DNA of 63,615 bases, filler included, from Octopus bimaculoides (Eukaryota), in NCBI RefSeq assembly GCF_001194135.2. It is 7 parts of 6 records of this genome, joined end to end, with 100 filler letters (N's around TTAATTAATTAA, not from the genome) between each part and the next. Parts side by side here need not be neighbours in the genome. Positions count along the whole stretch, not along the records: positions 38,087 to 54,690 come from NC_068986.1; positions 54,791 to 58,406 come from NC_069004.1; positions 58,507 to 60,506 come from NW_026333488.1; positions 60,607 to 63,615 come from NC_068989.1; 3 more parts are not named here. The stretch is one strand, 5' to 3'. The stretch's first letter is position 1, and the number at the start of each line of letters is the position of its first letter. Both the position numbers and the translations under genes were made by a program. Shown here one piece after another: positions 51,456 through 63,615 of the stretch. The notes under the pieces are model-generated. The model searched no databases. It was not told the origin of the DNA and saw only the letters and a list, made by a program, of their open reading frames with translations.

Positions 51456-52674
51456 NNNNNNNNNNNNNNNNNNNNNNNNNNNNNNNNNNNNNNNNNNNNN
51501 NNNNNNNNNNNNNNNNNNNNNNNNNNNNNNNNNNNNNNNNNNNNNNNNNNNNNNNNNNNNNNNNNNNNNNNNNNNNNNNNNNNNNNNNNNNNNNNNNNNN
51601 NNNNNNNNNNNNNNNNNNNNNNNNNNNNNNNNNNNNNNNNNNNNNNNNNNNNNNNNNNNNNNNNNNNNNNNNNNNNNNNNNNNNNNNNNNNNNNNNNNNN
51701 NNNNNNNNNNNNNNNNNNNNNNNNNNNNNNNNNNNNNNNNNNNNNNNNNNNNNNNNNNNNNNNNNNNNNNNNNNNNNNNNNNNNNNNNNNNNNNNNNNNN
51801 NNNNNNNNNNNNNNNNNNNNNNNNNNNNNNNNNNNNNNNNNNNNNNNNNNNNNNNNNNNNNNNNNNNNNNNNNNNNNNNNNNNNNNNNNNNNNNNNNNNN
51901 NNNNNNNNNNNNNNNNNNNNNNNNNNNNNNNNNNNNNNNNNNNNNNNNNNNNNNNNNNNNNNNNNNNNNNNNNNNNNNNNNNNNNNNNNNNNNNNNNNNN
52001 NNNNNNNNNNNNNNNNNNNNNNNNNNNNNNNNNNNNNNNNNNNNNNNNNNNNNNNNNNNNNNNNNNNNNNNNNNNNNNNNNNNNNNNNNNNNNNNNNNNN
52101 NNNNNNNNNNNNNNNNNNNNNNNNNNNNNNNNNNNNNNNNNNNNNNNNNNNNNNNNNNNNNNNNNNNNNNNNNNNNNNNNNNNNNNNNNNNNNNNNNNNN
52201 NNNNNNNNNNNNNNNNNNNNNNNNNNNNNNNNNNNNNNNNNNNNNNNNNNNNNNNNNNNNNNNNNNNNNNNNNNNNNNNNNNNNNNNNNNNNNNNNNNNN
52301 NNNNNNNNNNNNNNNNNNNNNNNNNNNNNNNNNNNNNNNNNNNNNNNNNNNNNNNNNNNNNNNNNNNNNNNNNNNNNNNNNNNNNNNNNNNNNNNNNNNN
52401 TTTAAAACGGGGGCCACATTTTTCATTAACGAAACACTTTGAAAATTGGAACACTGGTAGAATGTGTCATATAAAACATCTTTTTCTCTTAGTCTTCTTA
52501 AAAAAAAAAGAAATCCATAAATTATTCCATGTTAAAGTTGTCGTATTTTTGTATGTATTTTTGTATGTATGTATGTATGTATGTGTGTATTTTTGTAATT
52601 TCAACCAATCACTGACGTCCATTCAGCCGATATACATTAAGTGCCGACTACATAAACAAACGATTCTGAAACAA

Positions 52675-52756
52675 TTAACCCTAACCCTAACCCTAACTCT
52701 AACCCTAACCCTAGGGTTAGGGTTAGGGTTAGGGTTAGGGTTAGGGTTAGGGTTAA
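52675..52756. repeat. Palindromic interstitial telomere-type repeat: (CCCTAA)~6 followed by (TTAGGG)~7
   Basis: Direct inspection; centre CCCT|AGGG at 52712/52713. Confidence 0.95.
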
Positions 52757-53904
52757 AGNNNNNNNNNNNNNNNNNNNNNNNNNNNNNNNNNNNNNNNNNN
52801 NNNNNNNNNNNNNNNNNNNNNNNNNNNNNNNNNNNNNNNNNNNNNNNNNNNNNNNNNNNNNNNNNNNNNNNNNNNNNNNNNNNNNNNNNNNNNNNNNNNN
52901 NNNNNNNNNNNNNNNNNNNNNNNNNNNNNNNNNNNNNNNNNNNNNNNNNNNNNNNNNNNNNNNNNNNNNNNNNNNNNNNNNNNNNNNNNNNNNNNNNNNN
53001 NNNNNNNNNNNNNNNNNNNNNNNNNNNNNNNNNNNNNNNNNNNNNNNNNNNNNNNNNNNNNNNNNNNNNNNNNNNNNNNNNNNNNNNNNNNNNNNNNNNN
53101 NNNNNNNNNNNNNNNNNNNNNNNNNNNNNNNNNNNNNNNNNNNNNNNNNNNNNNNNNNNNNNNNNNNNNNNNNNNNNNNNNNNNNNNNNNNNNNNNNNNN
53201 NNNNNNNNNNNNNNNNNNNNNNNNNNNNNNNNNNNNNNNNNNNNNNNNNNNNNNNNNNNNNNNNNNNNNNNNNNNNNNNNNNNNNNNNNNNNNNNNNNNN
53301 NNNNNNNNNNNNNNNNNNNNNNNNNNNNNNNNNNNNNNNNNNNNNNNNNNNNNNNNNNNNNNNNNNNNNNNNNNNNNNNNNNNNNNNNNNNNNNNNNNNN
53401 NNNNNNNNNNNNNNNNNNNNNNNNNNNNNNNNNNNNNNNNNNNNNNNNNNNNNNNNNNNNNNNNNNNNNNNNNNNNNNNNNNNNNNNNNNNNNNNNNNNN
53501 NNNNNNNNNNNNNNNNNNNNNNNNNNNNNNNNNNNNNNNNNNNNNNNNNNNNNNNNATATATATATATATATACCTATACAGGCATGTATGCACGCGTAC
53601 ACACACGTGGTTCGTGGAATTCATTGCTAGACATATACATAGACCAATAAATAGATAAATAGCTAGATAGATAGATATACACGCACGCATTTTCAATATG
53701 TGTTTGTATGTAGTATATAAGTGCGGGTACAAGTGCGCGCGCGCGCGTAAACACAGAATGGTAGATAGATAGAGAGGTAAATGATTAGACGGGTAGACAA
53801 ACTGGCAGACAAATAGATAGATTAACAGACAGGGAAATAGATACAGAGATAGATTGCTAGACAGAGAAACAAAAGGAGAGCCAGATAGACACACAAAGAA
53901 AACT

Positions 53905-53939
<35 letters not shown>

Positions 53940-54388
53940 CTAGTGTTGCTGAAAGTTCATTTGGCAAAAACTGACAGAAGCATAGCAAAATGATTGAACG
54001 GTGAAGGGCGATAGGTTAAGAGTTATAATAGTGATGTGGGGAAGGAGTGGGAGTGGGGGACAGGATGAGTAAAATATGTACGTGTATGTGGGTATGGGGT
54101 AGAGGAGAGACAGAACTGCGAATAATGAGGAATTTATATAATTCATATGTAAATATATATATAGTGAGAGTGAGCAAGAGAGATAGAGAAAGAGAGAGAG
54201 AGAGAGTGTGTGTGAGAAGGAGTGCTTGTTAGACAGATAAATTGATGGACAGAGATTGACACCAAATGAAGATTTTGAAAAAGAAGGCGGGAATTTAACG
54301 TTTGGTAGCAGTAACAGCGGGTTTGAAGAAGTGTGATGAAAAAAGTCTAGTGAAGAGGCAAGAATAAAATGAATAATTTGTCTATCTG

Positions 54389-54452
<64 letters not shown>

Positions 54453-54790
54453 CACACACACATACATACATATACATACAAATGTGTCTATATATATATA
54501 TTCGGTAAAAATGTGCTTTTTATAGTAGTCTGACCTTAGAGTCCCTCATGGCGTGAGGCGTTATTGTATAGTAATGCCCTTATATAAATATAAATATATA
54601 TTTCGGGAATAAATGATGGATTTTTTCCCTTATGAGTTTTTTTTCACGCTAGCTACTTGATAAATTCTTGTAAAAGAATTCGTCCTATTANNNNNNNNNN
54701 NNNNNNNNNNNNNNNNNNNNNNNNNNNNNNNNNNTTAATTAATTAANNNNNNNNNNNNNNNNNNNNNNNNNNNNNNNNNNNNNNNNNNNN

Positions 54791-54993
54791 TCCTGTTTCT
54801 GTTGTGCCTGTAATTCAAAGGGTCAGCCTTGTTACACTGTGTCACGCTGAATATCCCCGAGAACTACGTTAAGGGTATACGTGTCTGTGGAGTGCTCAGC
54901 CACTTGCACGTTAATTTCACGAGCAGGCTGTTCCGTTGATCGGATCAACTGGAACCCTCGACGTCGTAAGTGACAGAGTGCCAACAACAACAA
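54791..54993 (+). mobile_element. SINE family A, 3' half
   Basis: Begins at the spacer and ends in a CAA tail. Confidence 0.88.
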
Positions 54994-55159
54994 CAAAGAT
55001 GCAGTAGGTGAGAATCAACAATGATTTCAGTAGCATGAAAGTAAAGAAGACCCACCCCCTGCCCACCACAGCTGAATTCATACAGGTGCTGTTACTACAT
55101 AAAAAGCACTTAAGTGATGCACCCAGTACAGTCTGTGGAGTGGTAGGTGTTAGAACAGA

Positions 55160-55243
55160 CAATGGAGCCTGATGTGGCCACTGGCCATACCAGCTCCTGA
55201 CAAACCATCCAACTCATGCCAGTATGGAAAATGACATTAAATT

Positions 55244-55282
<39 letters not shown>
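55160..55282 (+). mobile_element. Family D retroposon 3' end with (ATG)n tail; also 56365-56550 (+), 57720-57790 (+) and 60118-60240 (-)
   Basis: Shared terminus CAAACC...AACCCATGCCAGCATGGAAAATGGACGTTAAATGATGATG. Confidence 0.7.
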
Positions 55283-55283
55283 T

Positions 55284-56880
55284 AAGAGTCCATCGAGTTT
55301 CAGTCCTCAGTCCCCTCCTGTTCATCATAGTCCTCCAGACCATCACAGAGAAGTTTAAGACTGAATGCCCATTGCAACTCCTTTATTTGTAGATGGTATA
55401 GTTCACATAGTTGAACCTTATAAGGGAATTAGAGAGGAAATTCTTGGGCTGGAAACTAAACCTAGAGCAGAGCGATCTTACGAGAAGTTTAGCAAAACTA
55501 AGGATTTAGTAAGTAGGAAAGAAGACACAACAGTTATCTTCAGAGAAATGGCCTTCCTCAATATGCAGAAAACAAGTAGGTATAAGCACCATTGTTGTTG
55601 GCACTCTGTCACTTACAACGTTGAGGGTTCCAGTTGATCCTACCAATGGAACAGCCTGCTCGTAAAATTAACATGCAAGTGGCTGAGCACTCCACAGACA
55701 CGTGTACCCTTAACATAGTTCTCGGGGATATTCAGCATGACACAGTGTGACAAGGCTGACCCTTTGAATTACAGGCACAACAGAAACAGGAAGTAAGGGT
55801 GAGAGAAAGTTGTGGTGAAAGAGTACAGCAGGGTTCGCCACCATTCCCTGCAGGAGCCTCGTGGAGCTTTAGGTGTTTTCGCTCAATAAACACTCACAAC
55901 GCCCGGTCTGGGAATCGAAACCGCGATCCTATGACCACAAGTCCGCTGCCCTAACCACTGGGCCATTGCGCCTCCACATATAAGCACCATACAGTCTACC
56001 TAATGGAAGCTAAAGACACACAAGAGACATAATGGAATCACAGACAGACTAATAAAGAACATTAGCTTCATATGTCAATGATGCATAGGAGCAGTATATA
56101 CAATGAGTACAGCAATACATTCTCTGAAATGCCTGGATGACTCACTACAAGTAGTTGGTAGCTTTTGTTAGTTGAGAGATATAATAACAAAGGAGGTGGT
56201 TGCTCTGAAAGTAAAGTAGCCAGATTAAGAAGAGGGTGGGAAACATTTAGGGAAACTATTAATGCTGTTAGCAACAAAGGTTTTTCCCCCAGAGGCTGAA
56301 GGACATGAGGATGTAAAAGATGAGACTGAAGGACATGAGGCTGTAAAAGGACATGAGAAGATGTAAAAAGCACCCATACTGGCGCTATGTAAAAGCACCC
56401 CTGCTGGTGCCACATAAAAAAGCATCCAGTTGTAGAAACCATGCAGAAAGAACATGAAGCCTGAACAGCTCTTCAACTGTTCAGCTCATGTCAAACCAGC
56501 CAACCCATGCCAGCATGGAAAATGGATGTTAAATGGTGATGATGATGATGAAGAGCAGATTTTGCGATGTTTGTGTTAGAGCTGTGATGTTGTATGGCCG
56601 AGAGACATGGGTGTTGAATGCAGAGAATGAGAAGACTGGAAAGAAATGAAGCTAGCATGTCCATTGGACGTGCAGTGTAAGTGTGCATGATATAGTACAA
56701 ATGCACCAAGAGAAAAGCTGCGAATAAAAGGAATCAGGTGTAGCATGCAAGAAAGAAGACTACAATCATATGGACACAAGATGTGGATGGATAAGGACAG
56801 CTGTTTGAAGAAGAGCTGATCATTTAGTGTAGATGGAGCTTGTACAGGAGGGAGAGTCAAGAAGACAAGAAACAGTGTTG
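55284..56880 (+). mobile_element. Old RTE-clade (Expander-like) LINE fragment interrupted by SINE A and family D
   Basis: Fragments VHRVSVLSPLLFIIVLQTITEKFKTECPLQLLY, GGCSESKVARLRRGWETFRE, VRAVMLYGRETW and ERRLQSYGH. Confidence 0.75.
55593..55978 (-). mobile_element. SINE family A with a 12-bp target-site duplication
   Basis: TATAAGCACCAT at 55581-55592 and 55979-55990. Confidence 0.93.
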
Positions 56881-57934
56881 AAGACTGATCTCAGAACTTC
56901 ACAGAAGAGATGACAAAAGGATTAAGGGGAGTGAGGACAAAGAGCCACACCTACCTTGGCAAAACCATGATCTGAAAGTGCTGTGTGTGTGTGTGTGTGT
57001 GTGTGTGTACATGTGCATACCCACACACATACACATGCACAACTGGGCTGTTCACTCAAGTTCTTCCTCAAGACACCCTCACCACCCATCGTCTCTCTGA
57101 CTGCAGTTCTTACTTGATTCCATTCTACTTAATAACCAAAATCAATTCATTCTTACTTCATCCTTTATCTGTCAGTACTGTTCCTTCCACCCATGCTCCA
57201 CACAGATATCCCCGCCACCACCAACCCACATGCTGAGCTAAAAACACNNNNNNNNNNCTCAAGTTCTTCCTCAAGACACCCTCACCACCCATCGTCTCTC
57301 TGACTGCAGTTCTTACTTGATTCCATTCTACTTAATAACCAAAATCAATTCATTCTTACTTCATCCTTTATCTGTCAGTACTGTTCCTTCCACCCATGCT
57401 CCACACAGATATCCCCGCCACCACCAACCCACATGCTGAGCTAAAAACACTTCACTCTCCTCCCCCCCCCCCTTACCATACATCTATTACTCTCCTTATG
57501 CACTACACCTGTCTTTCTCCCCTTCCACTTCCTCATCCAACACAGCAACCTCTCTAATGTGGGTGCCACAATACAATTGTACCCAGTGCATCTAAAAAAA
57601 CAGATGGTGAAAAGAGGAGCATCAGGTAGTAGAAATCGTGCTAAATATGGAGCGTAAAACTGAGACAATGTTCAATGACTTGTCTTGAAGGCAATAACCT
57701 CCAGCAGGAATTAACTTGGATCATGATCACCCGTCCAGTCCTTGCCAGCTGGTAAAGCAAACATAAAATGATGATGGGGATGATGATGATGACGACGAGG
57801 ATGATGCTTTATACATACATACATATCAAGGTTGATGTGAAACAGCAGAAGAACCTGGTCATTCTTACCTAAAATGAGAAAAAAAAACAAAAAAACATTA
57901 GTTTCACAGAAGGAGATACAGTTGGGTTGATAAG

Positions 57935-58115
57935 AAATATTGGTTTCAAATTTTTGCACAAGGCCAGAAATTTTAGGGGCGAGGGTAAGTCAATTACATT
58001 GACCCCAGTCTTAAACTGGCACTTATTTTAATGACCCCGAAAGGATGAAAGGCAAAGTCAATCCTGGTAGAATTTCAACTCAGACCATTAAGACGGATGA
58101 AATGTCATTATGCAC
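57935..58115 (-). mobile_element. SINE family B, degenerate
   Basis: Core domain present. Confidence 0.7.
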
Positions 58116-58226
58116 TTTGGGAATGGTGGATCTTGAAGCAGTTAAAAAATAAATAAATCACATGCAAATATTATCTGCATGCCATTATTTATACCTTTAA
58201 CAGCTTCAAGACCCACCATTCCCAAA
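58116..58226. repeat. 111-bp foldback element with 31-bp arms
   Basis: TTTGGGAATGGTGGATCTTGAAGCAGTTAAA vs TTTAACAGCTTCAAGACCCACCATTCCCAAA: 2 mismatches. Confidence 0.85.
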
Positions 58227-58537
58227 AGATATATATATATAAATAATAATAAAGGAGTTACGACGCAAAAACGTATATAATTAAATGAACATATTTATCT
58301 TCTTCAATATATATTTCAGTGATGATTTTTTTGAGTTTACCTACCAATTATTTTTGTTGGTAGTTAATTTATAATATATTGATATTATATAGATATATAT
58401 ATATAANNNNNNNNNNNNNNNNNNNNNNNNNNNNNNNNNNNNNNNNNNNNTTAATTAATTAANNNNNNNNNNNNNNNNNNNNNNNNNNNNNNNNNNNNNN
58501 NNNNNNATATATATATATATATATATAAATATATATA

Positions 58538-58690
58538 ACGGGCTTCTTTCAGTTTCTGTGTACCAAATCCACTCACAAGGCTTTGGTCAGCCCGAAGCTA
58601 TAGTAGATGACACTTGCCCAACGTGCCACACAGTGGGACTGAACCAGCAACCGTGTGCTTACGAATGAATATTGTTACCCCACAGCCACG
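58538..58690 (-). mobile_element. SINE family C head
   Basis: Matches the other heads. Confidence 0.75.
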
Positions 58691-59169
58691 CAGATTTATT
58701 TACAATGAAATTATTTTAAGCTCAAAACGTTGTGAATTAGGTCAGGTTTGTCTCTCCAGACGTTGACCTACATTTACCTGGTTAGCAAAAATCTCACCTT
58801 ACAACATTCATTTTGACAATGGGTTGACCTAGATATGTAGACAGAGAATCGAATAACGAAGGCGTAGGGGTAGGATTTGAGCGACAGGCAGAGACGTAAG
58901 AGAGCGGAAACGGAGATCGAAGGCCCTCGCTTTACTGTAAACACAACCCGAGGTTTTGAGTTTTTGGGGTAACTCAGTTAATAACCAACCAAGGACATCC
59001 TATCGTAAGTTCTATCCAATCTATTAGTTTCTGTCGCTCTAACGCTTATTCTGTCTCTCCAAATATCTTTCTCACACATATGTGGGTGTGTAATTATTCT
59101 GGGGTTTTTAACAACGCATTTTGTCCAGTCAAAACAACGATATCTATTAAGCTTTTACATATTATACGC

Positions 59170-59674
59170 TTGACACCGGTGCCCTGGCACTTGTGCCGGT
59201 GGCACGTGTAAGGACATTCGAGCGAGATCGTTGCCAGTGCCGCTGGACTGGCTCCCGTGTAGGTGGCACGTAAAAGACACCATTTTGAGCGTGGCCGTTG
59301 CCAGTACCGCCTGACTGGCCTTCGTGCACCAGGCTCCAATCTGATTTGGCAGAGTTTCTACAGCTGGATGCCATTCCTAACGCCAGCCACTCCGAGAGTG
59401 TAGTGGGTGCTTTGTTGGACGATTTGACTGAGAACTGGTGAAACCAGATGGCTGCACCAGGCTCCAATCTGATCTGGCAGAGTTTCTACAGCTGGATGCC
59501 CTTCCTAAACAACAACCACTCCAAGAGTGTAGTGGGTGCTTTGTTGGACGATTTGACTGAGGACTGGTGAACCAGATGGCTGCGCCAGGCTCCAATCTGA
59601 TCTGGCAGAGTTTCTACAGCTGGATGCCCTTCCTAATGCCAACCACTCCGAGAGTGTAGTGGGTGCTTTGTTGA
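59170..59674 (-). repeat. Family D-derived tandem array: two ~70-bp units, then a 128-bp unit x2.7
   Basis: 128-bp units start at 59325, 59453 and 59581. Confidence 0.85.
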
Positions 59675-59778
59675 GGACTAGTGAATTATGTAAATAATGT
59701 ACATAATTCCTCATCTCTTAAATACAGATCTTGTCAATATACAATTTCGAAACCCCTGGGTATTTTTTTCTATTTCAG

Positions 59779-59831
59779 GTGTCAGGCCATGGAAAGGTTT
59801 ACCACGAGTCTCTTCCTGATCATGTTCATAT
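59779..59831 (+). CDS. Probable spliced exon with a start codon and hydrophobic N-terminus (CDS 59789-59831)
   Basis: Acceptor TTTTTTCTATTTCAG|G, Kozak-like GCCATGG, translation MERFTTSLFLIMFI and donor T|GTAAGT (phase 1). An upstream donor C|GTAAGT lies at 59004/59005. Confidence 0.5.
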
Positions 59832-60249
59832 GTAAGTCATTATTCTTTAATCAATCTCTCAATCTTTCTGTTTTAATCTTTCATCTCTCTCGTCTAGGTC
59901 ATCCCAGAGGCTGACCCTATTATAAAGGTTTCTGTTGCGGGTTCTATAGCAGTCGCAGGGCCCCGATCCATGTGGTCTCACAGTTTCTACCTAACTAAGG
60001 ATTTTAGGTCCCCAGCAAGGGGCCCTGTATTCAAAGAGCTCTGAGATGTATAAGTGTACCTCAGATCTGATGTTCAAGAACTTCGCGAACTATTGCCAAG
60101 GCGCCGAAAGCAATGACGTCATCATCGTCATCGTTTAACGTTCATTTTCCATGCAGGCATGGGTTGGGCGGTTTGACTGGGGTCTCGGAAGCCAGGGGGC
60201 CTGCACAGAAGCCAGAGGGGGCTGCCATCAACCAAATTTGAATAGTATG

Positions 60250-60506
60250 GTTATGTATTCTTGTTCTTCTTGTTCTTCTTGTTCTTGTTCTTGTTCTTGT
60301 TCTTCTTCTTCTTCTTCTTCTTCTTCTTCTTCTTCTTCTTCTTCTTCTTCTTCTTCTTCTTCTTCTTCTTCTTCTTCTTCTTCTTCTTCTTCTTCTTCTT
60401 TCATGATAATCATAATGATAGTGATGATGATGATGATGATGATGATGATGTATGATGAAGAAGAAGAAGAAAACGAAGAAGAAGAAGAAGAAGAAGAAGA
60501 AGAAGA
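60250..60506. repeat. (TTC)n / (ATG)n / (GAA)n compound microsatellite
   Basis: Direct inspection. Confidence 0.95.
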
Positions 60507-60849
60507 NNNNNNNNNNNNNNNNNNNNNNNNNNNNNNNNNNNNNNNNNNNNTTAATTAATTAANNNNNNNNNNNNNNNNNNNNNNNNNNNNNNNNNNNNNN
60601 NNNNNNATTTAATTTAATTTAATTTAATTTAATTTAATTTAATTTAATTTAATTTAATATTACAAACTGTTTACTGCAATCATGACAACAATAATAATGA
60701 ACTTCAAAATGTGAATATCTGATCACATGACTGACCAAATTATCAGAAGTGACACATCACTGGTCACAATGCACCACCAATGACACCACTCTGCTTGCTA
60801 GGCGAGTGGGCCAACATACCCCTCTAATTGAAAGGGGGGGGGGGCGGCT

Positions 60850-60968
60850 GGAGCAATGTGAAATGAAGTGTTTTGCTCACGAACACAATGTGCCACCCAA
60901 TCAGGGAATCAAATTCATGATATAATGATCGTGAGTGCAACAGCCTAACCACAAGGCCACACGCCTTC
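60850..60968 (-). mobile_element. tRNA-derived SINE head with GTGTTCGTGAGCAAAACACTT domain
   Basis: A box TGGCCTTGTGG; similar to the head at 61759. Confidence 0.6.
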
Positions 60969-61302
60969 ACGAATATTTAAGTAAAACAAAATTAAATATA
61001 TACCACCCATGTATACAAATTATAAACAATTGTAGATATTTCCATACATGCAATAAAGGTGGCCAATGCACCTGCAATGTTAGGTAACGTCCTGACTTGT
61101 ATACATACATATATATATGCAAATGTATATGCTTTGTTGATTCTAGGTGAGCGTGACCTGTTAATCTCAATTTACACACATGTATAGACATATGCATAAA
61201 CACATATTTGAGTAGAGTAATCAATATATGTACGTAAGAACGTATAGAAAATGCAACAATAAACTGGAATTCAAAGATAAATTACAACTGCCAGCTACAT
61301 AA

Positions 61303-61334
<32 letters not shown>

Positions 61335-61341
61335 ATATATC

Positions 61342-61379
<38 letters not shown>

Positions 61380-61758
61380 NNNNNNNNNNNNNNNNNNNNN
61401 NNNNNNNNNNNNNNNNNNNNNNNNNNNNNNNNNNNNNNNNNNNNNNNNNNNNNNNNNNNNNNNNNNNNNNNNNNNNNNNNNNNNNNNNNNNNNNNNNNNN
61501 NNNNNNNNNNNNNNNNNNNNNNNNNNNNNNNNNNNNNNNNNNNNNNNNNNNNNNNNNNNNNNNNNNNNNNNNNNNNNNACTGCTCTAGATACTCTCCGCG
61601 CGCGCGCGTGTGTGTGTGTGTGTGTGCCTATGTCCTCAATGAGTGTGAGGAAAGTGAGACAGAAGAGCTACCTCATATTGGCTGTGTGGCAATTCCTATC
61701 CTTGGGAAAGTGAAGGTGTGTGATACAAAGGTTAAGCTTCTTACCACACAGCCATTGA

Positions 61759-62060
61759 AGGCATGTGGCTGAGTGGTTATGGTATTCATCTCACAATCAT
61801 AAAGTCTTGGGTTCAATTCCCAGCAGCACGTTGTGTCCTTGAGCAAGACACCTTATTTTACGTTGCTCCAATCCATTCAGCTGGCATAAATAAGCTGTAC
61901 CTGTATTTCAAAGAGCCAACCTTGTTACCTTCTGTGAGAACTACATTAAGGGGATGCATGTCTGTGGAAGGTTCAGCCACCTGCACATTAATTTCCCAAC
62001 CAGGCTGTTCTTTTGATCAGGGTAGCTGGAACTTTCATTGTTATAACAAATAATGCCAGA
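61759..62060 (+). mobile_element. SINE with a different head but family-A-like 3' half
   Basis: Head GGCATGTGGCTGAGTGG...GGTTCAATTCCC...GTGTCCTTGAGCAAGACAC; 3' half aligns by eye with family A. Confidence 0.7.
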
Positions 62061-62116
62061 AAGAACACTTGAGAAAAGATTTTTCACCAATGATGCTGAA
62101 AACTAAGTATGATAAC

Positions 62117-62468
62117 ACAGCAGGGTAACGCCATTAGTAGGAAAGGTTAGGCAGGTTTTAAAACTTTAAAATTTCATAACTCTCAAAGTTTTGAAAAAAG
62201 AAAAAAAACTTTGAGATTCTTTTTTGAGTTTTTGGGGATCTTGTGAATTGTTCCAGAAAGGAATTTTTGAAGTTTATTTAAAAAATTTTTTCTTTCAGTA
62301 ACTTTTAAGATTTTTAAAGGAAAAAAGAAAGGAATTTTCTTAAAAATTTTTCACCCTTTCCCATCTTGTTCTTCTTTTAACTCCTCTTAATTTATTCAGT
62401 TGCATTATTTCATCCTCCTCCTCATTTACCTTCCAAAATCTCTCCTACTAACAGTGATACCCTGCTGT
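62117..62468. mobile_element. MITE-like element
   Basis: Imperfect TIRs ACAGCAGGGTAACGCCATTAGTAGGA and TCCTACTAACAGTGATACCCTGCTGT around an AT-rich core. Confidence 0.6.
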
Positions 62469-63615
62469 CTTACTAGTATACTATACCATAACCATGTTGC
62501 CTAAGATACAGCAGCACATCATGCTTAAAACTAAATTTAAAGGAAAATTTGAAAGAGTATTAACAAATGTTGTTGGTTAGGGAACATGGCCAAAAGTAAT
62601 CCAAAGGACCAGGTTTCGATAACAAAACAATAAGTTTTTGAAAAATTTGTGTGTATGTGCAAAGTAATGAGAAAGAATAAGACTGAGGTAAGAATATGGT
62701 TAAAGAAGTGAAAAAATTTGATAGTGAAAGAGAGGAGAGAGAGAGAGAAAACAGAAGATGAAAGAAAGGAACAAAGACTGTAAAAAAATTTTTATTTTAT
62801 CTTAAATTAAACAACATTTCATATTTCCTTTCAGTATTTGAACTTAATTAATTAATTAACAAGAGGAGGTGCACCACCTTCCACATTTCACCAAACTCAC
62901 CTCTTCCACTGCAACCTATACCACCACCTTCCTCTTTATCTATTACTACCACCACCACCATCAGTACCACAACCAACACCACTATAATTCTTTTTATATG
63001 TTATCTTTAATTATTATTATTATTATTATTATTAAAACAGACATGGCTTTGAGGTTACAAGACAGGAAACATGACACCCCGGGCCACTACCCAAACACAC
63101 CAAGAATGCTCGTTTAGGTTATTTCATTATCTTAACAATAGTAGTAGTAGATTTCTTTGGTTGCATGTTTTTATTATTATTTTCATTTCACATTTATTTT
63201 CATCATCATCAAAAAAAGCACAGATTAGTTAAAAAGAGACACCCCACCCTGCTGCTGCCATCACCACCAATTATTTTTCAGTCTTACCATTTTATCTCTC
63301 ATCAACATCATCATCATCATCATCCTTGTCAGCACCACTACTGTCATTAGCATCCTTAACATTATCATCATAGTATAAAGACTGATGTTTCTGGGAGAGA
63401 TGAAACCAACCTTCATCCCCACCCATCCACCAGACTCACTCTCTCTCTCTGCCCCATCAGATCCCCCCCCCACTCCTTAATTCTTCACTCCTTCAACAAA
63501 ACTAAACAACAGAATTTCCTGAACCCCCACCCCCTCACCAGTAATAAAATATGGAAGTTTGAGGTATCAGAGCCTGGTTTGTGCCCATCCACCTCTCCAT
63601 CATGCATGTGTAACA

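Noticed and set aside
52675-52756. Ancient telomere-telomere fusion site
   Set aside because: Repeat order is the reverse of a fusion, and the array is short.
57055-57450. Exact 193-bp tandem duplication
   Set aside because: Two identical copies separated by a 10-N gap, typical of an unmerged contig overlap. A similar case is at ~16500-16600.

Overview
Eukaryotic, AT-rich, repeat-saturated DNA (intergenic or intronic) from a gapped draft assembly. The SINE families resemble octopus repeats as I recall them; this is an inference, not a database result. Six artificial spacers (44 N + TTAATTAATTAA + 44 N) divide the window into seven pieces, so long-range adjacency is uncertain. No intact protein-coding gene, rRNA or tRNA gene is supported, and most ORFs in the supplied track are microsatellite or N-gap artefacts. 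Supported content: a full-length decayed DD37D (maT) transposon, a mariner remnant, a full-length decayed RTE LINE and two further RTE fragments, a Penelope-like element (RT + GIY-YIG), a Tx1/L1 fragment, several R4/Dong-type (RLE) fragments, four SINE-like families, MITEs and a few candidate small exons. Three observations stand out. (1) A Penelope terminal repeat combines a tRNA-like Pol III promoter with a minimal hammerhead ribozyme; it occurs in head-to-head inverted arrangements and ends in a reiterated 9-nt tail. (2) A second, unrelated hammerhead-bearing mini-element sits in a TA repeat. (3) R4-type elements partition by microsatellite: one set lies in (TAA)n and another in (CATA)n.
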